Assembly: GCA_951406725.2 (NCBI GenBank)
Contig: OX597822.1
Location: 34,844,001 to 34,908,000, forward strand
Reading direction: 5' to 3'
DNA: 64,000 nucleotides
Source of the DNA: Octopus vulgaris
Taxonomy: Eukaryota
In this document: piece after piece, positions 12,706-25,308 of the stretch
Numbering within the stretch: the stretch's first letter is position 1
Layout of the letters: each line of letters begins with the position of its first letter
The notes under the pieces: generated by a model
Told to the model about the DNA's origin: nothing
The model's input: the letters and a program-made list of their open reading frames with translations, nothing else
Databases searched by the model: none
Position numbers and translations under genes: made by a program

Positions 12706-13145
12706 TAGGCGTACTTGCTGATCTTTTAGTAGAAAGAACAACGCACCGAAGTGTGCCAAGATCTCTGTCAACGTGTCGCTGATGACCCATCTTTCATGTC
12801 GAGAATCATCACCGATGACAAGAATTGGGTGTGCAGATCCGACCCTGTGACGAAGCAGCAGTCGTCATAATGGAAAAGTCTTTCTTCTCCATGGCCGAAT
12901 AAGGCATGACAGAGCCGCAGATCAATCAAGATCATTCCCATCGTATTTTTCAACATCCGCTGTATTGGGCATTCGTTTCTCAGGGCCTGAGCGTCAATCG
13001 AGAGTTCTACAGTGATATTTTGAAGCGTTTGTGGGTGGATATTCGGCGAAAGCGACTGGATCTGTGGAGTCCGAAGAATTGGATTCTTCATGACAACAAT
13101 GCACTCTGTCATCGAGTTCTCCTCACTGGTGACTCTCTTGTCATA

Positions 13146-13378
13146 AAGCGGCGAGCTGGCAGAAACGTTAGCACACCGGGCGAAATGCTTAGCGGTATTG
13201 CGTCTGTCGTTAGGTTCTGAGTTCAAATTCCGCCGAGGTCGACTTTGCCTTTCATCCTTTCGGGGTCGATAAATTAAGTACCAGTTACGCATTGGAGTCG
13301 ATGTGATCGACTTAATCCGTTAGTCTGTCCTTGTTTGTCCCCTCTAGGTTTAGCCCCTTGTGGGCAATAAAGAAAGAG
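13146..13378 (+). mobile_element. SINE family A monomer
   Basis: GCGGCGAGCTGGCAGAAACGTTAGC...GAGTTCAAATTCC...GCCTTTCATCCTTTCGGGGTCGATAAATTAAGTACCAG (resembles the MetaSINE central domain)...GCCCCTTGTGGGCAATAAAGAAA. Confidence 0.9.
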
Positions 13379-13708
13379 ACTCGTCAAAAACAAGTTATGA
13401 TCGCTTCAGCACCTACCCTATTCGCCAGACGGAAACTGTGCGCTCGCAAGAATGTGTGTATGTGTTTTTGTATGTGGGTATTTGTGTGTGTGAGAGCGTC
13501 TGCAAGTGTGTGTTTGTGTGTCCGTGTGCATATTTTTGTGTCTGTTTTTCTCTTGCATCGGTTTTGGTATGTTCGAGACCACGTGACATAGCAGTTCGGC
13601 AAAAGGATTGCTTCTAGGTTTTAAAAAAAGCTGGAGTTCATTCGTTCGACTAAAATCTGCTGACTGAAAGAGCAGAAGATAAAATATATAAATGCAATAT
13701 ACACATAT

Positions 13709-13822
13709 ATGTTCAGTCCCACTGCATGACACTTTGGGCAGGTGTCTTCTACTATGGCCTCGAGATGACTAATGCCTTGTGAGTGGATTTGATAGACGGA
13801 AACTGAAAGAAGCCCATTGTGT
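13709..13822 (+). mobile_element. SINE family B 5' half (its 3' half is at 17530-17697)
   Basis: GTTCAGTCCCACTGC...TTGGGCAGGTGTCTTC...GACGGAAACTGAAAGAAGCCC, then (TA)n. Confidence 0.8.
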
Positions 13823-13825
13823 ATA

Positions 13826-13860
<35 letters not shown>

Positions 13861-13864
<4 letters not shown>

Positions 13865-15027
13865 ACGGAACGGACGGAATCGCCCGTCGTCGCCCGTCCC
13901 GAACGGCTCACACAAGTTCCGCCACGGAACCCAAAGAGGCGGAGAGAGGAGATACAGATAGATACTGCCACAACCTCAACAGCACAGAGATACAATCCAA
14001 AGAGAGGCAAGGCAACAGAGACACTGGCTTATATATTCAACAGCTACCAGTTTATATGACAATCAATTGCTACACATCAAATACATTTAAGGCAGACATT
14101 TAAAGGAAGACATGCACGTGACTACTCAATACATCATACAACAGATCAAAGCATAATACAACAGCAATTCATGTAACAATATATCAGTCCGGAGACACAA
14201 CAAGTCATATACAGTATTTCAAAGGTACACGTCCGAAGACACAGTTCTATTAAAGTCTGTCTCTACACATCACAGATAACGTCACATCAACAAGTCCTTT
14301 ACTCTTCAATTCACAATGTTCTTTATCGACTACATCGACAGAGTCCTTGACTGTTCTTTTCACTGTTCAATACACCGTGACACATATCAATGCACAAACA
14401 CATACCTCAATTCCTAATTGAATCTGCCAGTGTCCCATTCCTCTCAATACTGCTAAATCCTCTGTACATATCCCTTCTGTGCCGCCAAGCTTTCCCGCAT
14501 CAACTTGCTCCTAAAATTCCAACGCTTCTAAGATTCCATCTACTCGCTCTGACTTCCAGGATCCGACTGTCTTCTTCGAGGACCGGCCAGCGACCGCAAG
14601 ATCCGTCTGTGTTCTTCGACGACCGTTCAACGACTCCAAGACCTCACTTCGTCTCTGTCCTTCTTCCACTCCCTCATCTCCCTCTGTACCGCTCACACCC
14701 TCTCTAACTGCCCTGGTCCCTATACTCTATCTATATCCTCAATCTGTCCCTTACTGCTTATCCTCTACCTCTCTCATGACAGCTCTACCAAACTCTCTGC
14801 CTGTCCTTCTCTCCTACTGTCAATACCCTCTCCATCTGCTCTTAGATTCCCTTAATCTGTCCTCCTCTTCACTTCTTCAAGGGGTGCTTAGAATGACCTC
14901 CAATCGACCGCACAAGGCCAGAAAGGTCTCATTAATCTCCCAGTAGACAAAGGACCCGTCACATTTTTACCAGGCATGCTGGCACCATAATTCCTAAGTG
15001 GGTCACCAGAAATGCACTTAGCCAACA
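13861..15027. mobile_element. Probable solo LTR (Gypsy/BEL-like)
   Basis: About 1.17-kb GC-richer non-coding block bounded by TGTT...AACA with TATAT on both sides, inside a TA tract. Confidence 0.65.
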
Positions 15028-15136
15028 TATATACTCATATATATATACACACATATATATATACAAAACTACTAAAAATAAACAAAATATTACCGAATGC
15101 AAAACTTCAAAACACATCATTTTAAAAAAGAATTCA

Positions 15137-15200
15137 GTTACATATCACATGTGATTTCGCATTTAATGCAGAATATGCATTTCATGTTCGTCAGTGCAAC
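15137..15200 (-). ncRNA. Type I hammerhead ribozyme (minus-strand copy)
   Basis: GTTGCA CTGACGA ACAT-GA-AATGCA-TATTC-TGCATT-AA-ATGC GAAA TCACATGTGA TA TGTAAC. Confidence 0.8.
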
Positions 15201-15540
15201 AAACTCAAGAGATATAAGAAAAAACATAACATTACAAATTGCCTAGTCGGAATAAAAATTCAGTATTGAACTATTCCGGTGAAAAATATAAATTAACAAT
15301 TGAGGATAAAATCTTTAAAAGAAATTATCAGTAGTCAGCGTGAAAAACCTCGTAAGAGAAAAAATCCGTAAATTCTTCCTCTTTGAAAATATTCATTTAT
15401 ATTTGTTACCGAAATGCATTGCGAAAAAGCCCGCCATTTTCATAGATATGTAAGGATAAACATTCGTACATGCTACGATGAATTCTACGGTTGGCTATCG
15501 AGTTTGTAATGTTATGTTTTTTCTTATATCTCTTGAGTTT

Positions 15541-15604
15541 GTTGCACTGACGAACATGAAATGCATATTCTGCATTAAATACGAAATCACATGTGATATG
15601 TAAC
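15541..15604 (+). ncRNA. Type I hammerhead ribozyme
   Basis: Stem I GTTGCA/TGTAAC, core CTGACGA (15547-53), stem II AATGCA/TGCATT, GAAA (15583-86), palindromic stem III TCACATGTGA, AUA cleavage triplet. Confidence 0.78.
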
Positions 15605-15844
15605 TGAATTCTTTTTTAAAATGATGTGTTTTGAAGTTTTGCATTCGGTAATATTTTGTTTATTTTTAGTAGTTTTGACCGCATTGGTCCCTCTTAGCGT
15701 GTTGGTATCTACTAATAGTAGTACCCTCATTATAATATCAATGAATATTTTCAAAGAGGAAGAATTTACGGATTTTTTTCTCTTACGAGGTTTTTCACGC
15801 TGCCTACTGATAATTTCTTTTAAAGATTTTATCCTCAATTGTTA

Positions 15845-15846
<2 letters not shown>

Positions 15847-15878
<32 letters not shown>

Positions 15879-16195
15879 GTATATATATCTATATATATAT
15901 ATGTATATATGTATATGTATATATATATATGTATATATATATATATGTATATGTATATATATATATGCATATGTATATATATATACATATGTATATGTAT
16001 ATATATATACATATGTATATGTATATATATATATATGTATATGTATATATATACATATGTATATGTATATATATATACATATGTATATGTATATATATAT
16101 ACATATGTATATGTATATATATATATATGTATATGTATATATATACATATGTATATGTATATATATATACATATGTATATGTATATATATATATG

Positions 16196-16230
<35 letters not shown>

Positions 16231-16463
16231 GTATATATATATGTATATATAGATGTATATATATATATGTATATATATATGTATATATATATGTATATAT
16301 ATATGTATATATATATGTATATATATATATGTATATATATATATGTATATATATATATATGTATATATATATGTATATATATGTATATATATATGTATAT
16401 ATATATATGTATATATATGTATATGTATATATACATATATGTATATATATATGTATATATACA

Positions 16464-16508
<45 letters not shown>
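15847..16508. repeat. Compound (TA)n/(TATG)n microsatellite
   Basis: Directly visible. Confidence 0.95.
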
Positions 16509-16585
16509 GTAGGTCCCGGGTTGAGTCGGGGTTAACCACAGTAAATAAGGTACTCAATACATAGCAGAGTAAATTAATTTATATG

Positions 16586-16632
16586 CTTCCTGATGATTTC
16601 ATTTGAATGAAACAGTTCTAGTTCTGTAGAAG
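16586..16632 (+). ncRNA. Minimal type I hammerhead ribozyme
   Basis: CTTC CTGATGA T-TTCA-TT-TGAA-T GAAA CAG-TTCTAGTT-CTG TA GAAG; stems I and III pair perfectly; GUA cleavage triplet. Confidence 0.82.
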
Positions 16633-16649
16633 ATCCTTCTATAAAATAA

Positions 16650-16707
16650 AATATATATATATGTATATATATATATGTATGTATATATATATGTATATAT
16701 ATATATT

Positions 16708-16738
<31 letters not shown>

Positions 16739-17234
16739 GTATATATAATATGTATATATATATGTATATATATATATGTATATATATATATGTATATATA
16801 TATGTATATATATATATATGTATATATATATATGTATATATATATGTATATATATATATACGTATATATATATATGTATATATGTATATATATATAGAAG
16901 CATATATATATATATGTGTATATATGTATATATATGTATATATGTATATATGTATATATATATATGTATATATAGATATATATATTTATGTATATATATA
17001 TATATATTTATGTATATATATATATATGTATATATATACATGTGTATATATATATGTGTATATATATATATATGTATGTTTATATATATATATGTATATA
17101 TATATATGTGTATATATATATATATATGTATGTTTATATATATATATGTATATATATATATGTATATATATATGTATATATTTATATATGTATATATATA
17201 TATATGTATATATTTATATATGTATAAATATATG

Positions 17235-17265
<31 letters not shown>

Positions 17266-17466
17266 TTATATATATATATGTGTATATATATATGTATATA
17301 TATATGTATATATATATGTATATATATATATATGTGTATATATATATATGTATATATATGTAAGTATATATATATATATGTATATATATATATGTATATA
17401 TATGTATATATATATATGTATGTATGTATATATATATATATGTATATATATATATACATGTATATA

Positions 17467-17504
<38 letters not shown>

Positions 17505-17520
17505 GTATGTATGTACATAT
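16650..17520. repeat. Compound (TA)n/(TATG)n microsatellite
   Basis: Directly visible. Confidence 0.95.
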
Positions 17521-17529
17521 TTATGTATT

Positions 17530-17697
17530 TGGTGTCTGTGTTTGTCCCCACACCTTCACTTGACAACCGATGTTGGCGTATTTACGGCCCCGTAACTTAG
17601 TAGTTTGGCAATAGAGACCGATAGAATAAGCGCTGGGGTCGAGTTGTTCGAGAAAAGGCGTTTTTCCAGCATGACCGCAACCAAATGACTGAAACAT
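17530..17697 (+). mobile_element. SINE family B 3' half
   Basis: TGTTTGTCCCC...TTGACAACCGATG...CCCCGTAACTTAG...GACCGATAGAATAAG...CCAGCATGACCGCAACCAAATGACTGAAAC. Confidence 0.85.
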
Positions 17698-19312
17698 ATA
17701 TGTATATTTCTTTTACCTTTAAGAAGCAGATAAAGAGTACACACTTTTAGAAAATGCTTAGATAGAAATAGAAATACATACCTTAGTAACATTGTTACCG
17801 CCAACTATATCGGATATTACATAATTCCGTTCGGAAAACAAATAATCTCCAATATACTGAAATTGTTTTATTTGGCGTTGGCTAAATATTTTCCAAAAGA
17901 CAATAAATACTATAGAATTTTTAATAAAAATTGGGTTAGCTTTCTATAATAGCAAAAATCTAGCACAAATAATAGCTATACAAAACGACAGTAAATTGAA
18001 AATGTCCATATGAGTCGTAGCAATAATAGTAACGAGAATCAAAATTATAGATCAATAAATAGCGATAATGTCAACATGAGCGGACAAACCGTGGGTATCA
18101 GGATAGGAACTATGGTTTGACAACCAATGAAGCTGAAGAGACCCGAGGGAGCTCCACAATTGGTTTAGAAGTTGTGGATATGAATCCTAGAGAGCTAAGT
18201 ACTCAGGGTGTTGTGTCTGTGGAGAGGACTCATAGCTTAGAAAATAGTCAGGAAAATATAAAATTCACATCTAGAGTAGTTAGAGTGGATGATAGTAATG
18301 GATGTACTAAAACCACTAGTTGCGATTGTGCAAGGTACAGGTTCCGTTCGCTTCACTGATTGTAAACATGAAAATATCATATGCAGATTTAAGATTACCT
18401 CAGAGAATAGAGAATATTTTTTATAGGAGTTAGCTCATGTTATATTAAGCAGAGAATTGCCACTCATTTAAGTTCGTTTGAAAGGGACAAACTGAATATT
18501 ACCAACCTTAGTAAGATAATTTAGGTACGTAAAGATAGTAAAAAAGTATTTTTGATTGCTTGAGAAATTAATAATAAAGCAAAACCTTATAGAATAGGCG
18601 ATAATAGATGAAATCTTTGTGTAGAGGAAATGTACCAAATTTTCTTTTCTAAATATACTATTATAGACACAAGACAGGAACAGGCTATAAGATGTCCACG
18701 TTGGATTAAAATATACGTTTAAACGATTTAAAGAAACATAAATTACCATCTGTATTAATTATTCTAGTAATTTATACTACTTGATTGAACAAGATTGTGA
18801 TAAGGTAGTTTTGCAAGTAATTCTAAAATAATTTTAGTTATAATAATAATGATATTAATTGAGGGTGTAAATCCAAACATAAGTGAATTACCTCTAAATA
18901 AATAATGTAGTCAATGCAGTAAAATGTAAAACTACTACAAAACTACTACAATTGAGTGTACTATGAATGAATAGTAATACTATTAGTGGTGAGTATAAGA
19001 CCAAAATTCAATTGAATTTAAAAAGTAACGCTAAAATCTTCAACTGAATACCAACGCAGGAAGCTTGTTTGAATTAGTTCACTTTGAAAACGTCGTAAGT
19101 GATGGACCCTTGATGAAATTGCAGTGACTAAGATACATAATTGCATACAGAGCAAGGTGTAGTTGCTACAATTGAAGCATGTGTTGGTCAGTGTTATTTA
19201 TATATGCCGTAGAACAATTTTTTAATAAAAATTTCCGATGATGTGAATAAATCTCCACTCTCCTCTTCGTTTTCAATTCTGTGTGTGTGTGTGTGTGTGT
19301 GTGGATGGATGA

Positions 19313-19368
<56 letters not shown>

Positions 19369-19369
19369 C

Positions 19370-19772
19370 CTTTACTTGTTTCAGTCATTGGATTGTGTCA
19401 GTGTTGGAGGCCACACGTGGATAGTTTTAGTCGAACAAACAGAACTACAGAACTTCATTGTTCTAAGTCTCGTGGTTATTCCCTCGGTCTCTTTGGCCGA
19501 ACTGTTAAATAAGAGGTAAATAAACCAAAACCAGTCGTGAACTGGTGGCAGGGGGACAAAAGCAAGCACAAAGACACACACACTAACACTCACACTGACA
19601 CGTACACAAACACACACACACACATACAAATTGTTCTTCGCCGTTTCCATCACCGAAATTCACTCAATAAGTGATGTTTGGGCTGGGTCTATTGGAAATC
19701 AATTACCCAAGGTGCTGCTCTCTGGTACTGAGCATGAAATCACGTCGTTACAAAGCGAACTTCGTAACCAAA
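19370..19772 (-). mobile_element. SINE family B, old degenerate copy
   Basis: TTTACTTGTTTCAGTCATT tail, CA repeat and degenerate head. Confidence 0.65.
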
Positions 19773-20243
19773 CAACAATATAAACGTGAAAGTACATGTT
19801 CTAATATTTATGAAGTTGGTCTCATGTGTTTTAGGAAGTAGGTTCGATTTCTGATCCGGTTAAAGCGTTTTGTCCTTCAGTAATGTACTTCAATTTACGC
19901 TGTGTTATTCTATTGAAGTTGTATGAGTACAAGCTGATTGCTGGTGCAGCTTTTCCTGCATATGGATTTCATATCGTGGATGCCTCACTAAGATAATGAC
20001 GTGGGGAAAGAGACGGTAGCTATGACTTATCGTAATAAAGTAAGAACTTTCCAGTTAGCGAAACCATAATACATGCCAATAATTCATCCTCAGTCATTGG
20101 GTTTAGTAGTTTATAAATATATATGAGATATATTATATGTGAATGTGTATGTATGTTTATGCATATCTATATAAATGTATGTAGCTGTATATATGTGATG
20201 TGTATGTATGTAAATGTATATATCAATATATACATATATGTAA

Positions 20244-20286
<43 letters not shown>

Positions 20287-20424
20287 GTGTTTACGTATAT
20301 GTATTGATCTGTGTGTGCGTGTATGCACGTGAGCGTGTGCGTGTATGCACGTGAGCGTGTGCGTGTATGCACGTGAGCGTGTGCGTATGTATGCGTGTGT
20401 GATTCATATTCGTATATATGCATG

Positions 20425-20457
<33 letters not shown>

Positions 20458-21683
20458 ATGTGTCCCAAAATGGCCTCAGCCTTTCGCCTGGAACCCAAAT
20501 TATACGCAGAGAGTGAGCAATAGAGAGGAAGAGAGGGGAGAGATACAGAGAGAGAAAGTGGTAAATAGATAAATATAGAGACAGATGTCTTGATAGATAG
20601 AACAACAGAAAGTCAGAGCGGTAGACAGAGCGACAAACTCACAGATCGATAAGTAGACAGACAGACAGACACACACACACACACATACATACATATATAT
20701 TTAGACCTTTTTTGCACTAAAACTTGTAAATACAATATATTTCCATATTAGCCTTTGGCAGAAATCGTAAAAATAATAAGGAAATCTTTTATTTTATCTT
20801 TAAGAAATTGGAATGAATATTTTCAACTACCTTAAACTAACTAGAGATTTGCAAGAACTTATTTTTTCCTTATTTGCTATACAGTTGTTTATTCTCTTTA
20901 ACTGTGTGTATGCATGAACCCCACGTATAATCGGTAGATCAACCAGTAATATCTTGATTCCAAGTGTCATCTCTTTTTCTCTCTATACGTAAACATTTAG
21001 CTATTTTATAATTCCTCCCCGGATCAGCAGCCATTTGGAGGTCACATTCACCCAGTTTTTGTCATGCGTCTTTCAGAAGCCCCTTACGATAGTCCACTGC
21101 GTTTTTCGAAGAATATTCTGTTAAGCTGATTTCCTGCGTGGTGTGAAGGAATCTAACGTTTCGGAGTGTTGTCCTTCTTCTCAACGAGGAAGACATATAC
21201 AAAGAAATATGTATGTGTAGAAATGTCTGTCTGGTTGCGTGTAGCTCAGTGGAGAGAATCTTTCATTCAGGATTTTAAGATCGTGGTTCTAGCACCTGGA
21301 ATAGGTGATACATCATGTTCTTAAGCAAAGAATTTCATTTCACGTTGCTCAGTCGACATTTTTTCTCTTCCCAATTCTGTTCTTTATATCCATTTGAGGA
21401 TTTTTCCCAGGCGTTAATCCATCATTCTCGTGTTTGGCTCCAACGCTGTATATATTTCTTTATTGTCTTCGCCTACCGTTTCAAATTACTGTATTATTTT
21501 GTTTGCTCGAGCCCTAATACTCCGCAAATTTTGCGGGTACCGCCGACATACGAAGTTCCTAGTCTTATCGTTAAAGGCATGAAACTTGGTATTCTTATTC
21601 TTCGGTCGATAACTGATGAAGTACGAGGGTTCTGGTGACTGTCCTACATGTACATTTTATAGTATTTAACGCATGTTTCATTA

Positions 21684-22049
21684 TCTCTCTATAAATATAA
21701 ACGGCAAAATGTCTGTGTGTGTGTGTGTATCCTTTATACAAATCCACATTCCGGTAGATGGCTCACACTTTCTATGGTCATTCAAAACCGTCCAAAGGTG
21801 GTCATGCACATCTTTATATTTCCCCAGTCACCACGCATAGCCATTAAAAATCAATAGGAGTAACTTTTTGTGAATTTTCTATCCAAAACCCAATCAAAAT
21901 GCCCGAAACTTGATACGCCAAATGAATGCCAGCTAGCTGTATGTAATTGGTCGGAGATTTGGACAGTACTCGCGTGTATGTGCGCACGCACGCAGCTGTA
22001 TATGCATGCACTAGATCTATGACCCGCCAACGCCGGGTCATAGTGATAG
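21684..22049 (+). mobile_element. Non-autonomous Helitron
   Basis: A|TC 5' end followed by TATAAATATAAA; 3' hairpin CTATGACCCG-CCAACGC-CGGGTCATAG then GATAG|T (mutated CTAG). Confidence 0.7.
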
Positions 22050-22434
22050 TATATATATATAAATAAATATATATATATATACATACATATATGTGTGTGT
22101 ATGTATGTGTGTGTGTGTGTGTATGAAGTAAATGAAATTAAATTCACGAGACTCCTTATTCACTACGATCATTTCGAACCATCGTGCACTGGTAACTCGC
22201 AAGTGAGATGTTATGTAAAAAATTGTAACGTATATTAGGTACGACTGTGTCTCGTCAGGTGACTTGTCAAACGGTATCCGCTTCATATTCGCCGCTTCGC
22301 TTATTTGTATAGCAATCCATTTTAGTAGTTGTGGTGTGCTGTGGTCTATACAAAGAAATGACATACAATAAAGAACCCATCCCGTATAAATAGTCAGATA
22401 ACTTATGCAAAGAATCGAAAGTAAAAAAATGAAA

Positions 22435-22940
22435 TCTATATATATAAAACTCTAGTTGTGTGAGTGTCTGTCCCCTTCGATTTAGATTCCTAACTCCTCC
22501 CACATTTTGCGGTGCAGTTTAACCAAATTCGGGTATCTTATAGTCGTGATTCATATCGAGCCCGTCTGACTATTAGCGCGCGTCAACGATGAGTCTACGA
22601 TTTTAAAAATAATTTAACATCATTTTTTATTCCATTTTAATGCATAAAATGCATCGTATGTCGATGGCGGCGGAGTTGGCGTCCACGCTCACAGCTGCAC
22701 CTGTTTGCTTCTCCCCCTTCCCTCCCTCGTGAAGCTGTGGGGAAGGGAGTGTAAAGAAATCAACGTCGTAATGCGTTGTGAAGGAAACCAGCGTTCTTTT
22801 AGAACAACGACTTCATGGCTTGAAGACACCAAAACAAAAATGGCTAAGAAAGCCCGAATTTATAAGGGAAGTAACTCTCTAAAAATGCTTATATAGTTAT
22901 TTCCCTTACAAACCCGAGCAACGCCGGGCGATACTGCTAG
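22435..22940 (+). mobile_element. Non-autonomous Helitron
   Basis: A|TCTATATATATAAAA start; CCCGAGCAACGCCGGG hairpin; ends CTAG|T. Confidence 0.85.
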
Positions 22941-23206
22941 TATAATATAAAATTCAGTACACGTGTCACACACAACTTTATACATCGATAATGAAATACT
23001 GTTACATAAAATCGTAAAGGACCACAACAAAACCTACCATCGAGATAACATACACAAAAGAAGCAATCGGACAATCAAACTGACCTTTACATTTTTACAA
23101 AACAAATAATCTAGCATAGCATGAACGGGCTTTAAACCGCACACTACAAGGTGTATATCCGAATGTAAAATTATGTGTATGTGTGTAGGATTCTCCACAC
23201 TGTTTC

Positions 23207-23625
23207 CTATTTCTTTATTACCCACAAGGGGCTAAACATAAAGAGGACAAAATAGGACAGACAAACGGACTAAGTCGATTACATCGACACCAGTGCGTTA
23301 ACTGGTACTTAATTTATCGATCCCGAAAGGATGAAAGGCAAAGTCGACCACGGCAGAATTTAAACTCAGAAGGTAAAGACAAACAAAATACCTATTTCTT
23401 TAATACCCACAAGGGGCTAAACACAGAGAAGACAAACAAGGTCAGACAAAGGGATTAAGCCGATTATATCGACTCCAGTGCGTAACTGGTACTTAATTTA
23501 TCGACCCCGAAAGGATGAAAGGCAAAGTCGACCTCGGCGGAATTTGAACTCAGAACGTAGCGGCAGACGAAATACCGCAAACTATTTCACCCGGCGTGGT
23601 AACGTTTCTGCCAGCTCGCCGCCTT
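23207..23625 (-). mobile_element. SINE family A tandem dimer
   Basis: Two ~185-bp units plus head; short GTTTCC direct repeat on both flanks; sits inside an older family B copy. Confidence 0.88.
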
Positions 23626-24346
23626 AGTTTCCATGTACCAAATTCACTCACAGGGCATTAAACCGCCCAATGCTACAATAGAGGGCAACTGTTCAAGGTT
23701 CTGCGCAGCGGGATTGAAACTGAAACCACAGGTTTGGGAGGGAACTTCTTAACCACACAGCATTGTCTGCGCCTATAATTATTTTGTCGATAAAGTATGT
23801 AAATTTTTCTCTCAATAAAGCCTAGTCGTAAGACAGCCGCAATCCTTCTTATATTAGTGGACGGAAAGGAGCCAGCCAATAAACAGCTGCAGAATAATTA
23901 GATAGCAATTCTATTTTAATTCTGTTTCATGTATTTCTGAAGTGGTATCTCATAGCTGATAGGAGTGACCAATTCAATACAGTGCTCGCCAATTCAATAC
24001 AGTGTCAAAATAAGCACCTCGCGGTTAGGTGTCATTCACTCTCATGAGCCTTGAACTTTTCAGTTCATTGCAATACAGCGAATAATTAAATAGCTTTGTT
24101 CTTATACTGGTGAATACCAAATATTTATATCTTGTATTGGGTGTCTGCTGTCGTCGCTCCGACTAACGAGAGTTGAGCAAGACACAGCTGCAAATAATGT
24201 TGGTGCCCTGCTTTGCTGAAAAATCTGCACGATAAATATTATTATAGTTTGTGCAGAGCCAGTCCTACTATCTTGCATTTTAAATTTCTTTTCGTCCACT
24301 GCGACGAGTGCTACAACCCCGGTGTTTATCAGGATGCAGGATTTGC

Positions 24347-24419
24347 ATGGAGTTACTTATTTCTCAGAGGAACACCCAACAACCTGATGCGTCTTATTTG
24401 ACCGAGTCCATTGAACTCT
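24347..24419 (+). CDS. Candidate host coding exon (MELLISQRNTQQPDASYLTESIEL), unknown gene
   Basis: ATGG start, open frame and GTGAGT donor in unique sequence; no recognised homology. Confidence 0.25.
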
Positions 24420-24930
24420 GTGAGTGACTTTCTTCTGAATACTAAATAGTGACATGCTAATTAACCAATAGGAGTGGTCATCACAGGTGCTACTGGTTTG
24501 CGTCATAGTAACCCTAGGTGGTTTCACACTTCTCGAAATCCTGGAGCTCCTTACTCATGACACCACTAAAGGGTGCAGTTTAAAATCATATGTAGGGCAT
24601 TTATATGTCATATACAGATACAATACAAAATCTTAAATCCTAAGTGAGAAATACACACCTGTACGAAGGTATACATTTCTTGACTGGCACTTATTTTGTT
24701 GACCCTGGAAGGATTAAACTCAAAGTTGATCTAGGCAAAATTGAAAATTAGGGCATAAAAAGTCGTACAAAGTAAGATAAGGGATTTTCTCCAATGTTTC
24801 TATTAACTCTGCAAGTCTATCCCCCTGAATATTGTTACATTGTTATCTATCATTGTTGTGAAGTGAAATAATTATATGTAAATTCTCTTTAAGAACTGCA
24901 AGTATCTACTGGACGTGTTCTTTGTTACAG

Positions 24931-24949
24931 GCTGTGTTATACTTAAATG
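24931..24949 (+). CDS. Candidate 19-nt microexon
   Basis: TTCTTTGTTACAG acceptor and GTAAGA donor; phase compatible with the preceding candidate. Confidence 0.25.
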
Positions 24950-25260
24950 GTAAGAGGCAAACACTACTGAATACAAAGGAGAACCGTGGCGTAAGGTGTA
25001 GTATTCATCATTAGTATTCGTGCATTTGTATTAAGGTCGTTTAAGAATTTCAGTCAATCATACCGACACAGTGATAACTTAAGTCAAGTACTTCTTTCAT
25101 AGATCTATAATTATCGAGTAACTAACATAATATCTGGCGTAAAGGGTCACTAATTTCTATCACTATACATAAACACACATACACATATGTGCGTGCACTT
25201 TATACACACACACACACAAACACACATATGTGCGTGCACTTTATACACACATACACACAA

Positions 25261-25308
<48 letters not shown>

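Larger units (their letters stand above)
11522..13140 (+). pseudogene. Mariner transposase, fragmented by SINE insertions
   Basis: Pieces at 11522-11782 (GKSATEVLSMLRQAYGDEA), 12165-12263 (IADVVGPSYGSVQAILSSKLNTKRVSIKFVPRL) and 12712-13140 (FMSRIITDDKNW..DPVTKQQS..VNREFYSDILKRL..IRRKRLDLW..WILHDNNA) are degenerate mariner WVPHEL, ITGDE and HDNA motifs. Confidence 0.88.
15064..15846. mobile_element. Hammerhead-bearing element with two interleaved inverted repeats (A B A' B')
   Basis: A 15064-15238 pairs with A' 15503-15677 (175 bp, near-identical); B 15292-15397 pairs with B' 15740-15846. Confidence 0.8.

Noticed and set aside
12768-13292. 174-aa minus-strand ORF (MRNWYLIYRPRKDERQSRPRRNLNSE...)
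   Set aside because: Antisense reading of SINE A plus mariner; the same peptide recurs at other SINE A copies.
15804-17595. Long ORFs of YI/IY/HT/VC repeats (also at 147-487, 36.7-37.5, 40.2-40.8, 45.3-45.9, 56.9-57.6 and 62.0-62.6 kb)
   Set aside because: They are translations of (TA)n/(TACA)n/(TG)n microsatellites, which lack stop codons.
18060-19000. Coding-like purine-rich stretch with an 80-aa ORF
   Set aside because: No recognisable motif and many stops; possibly a decayed TE, but this cannot be supported.
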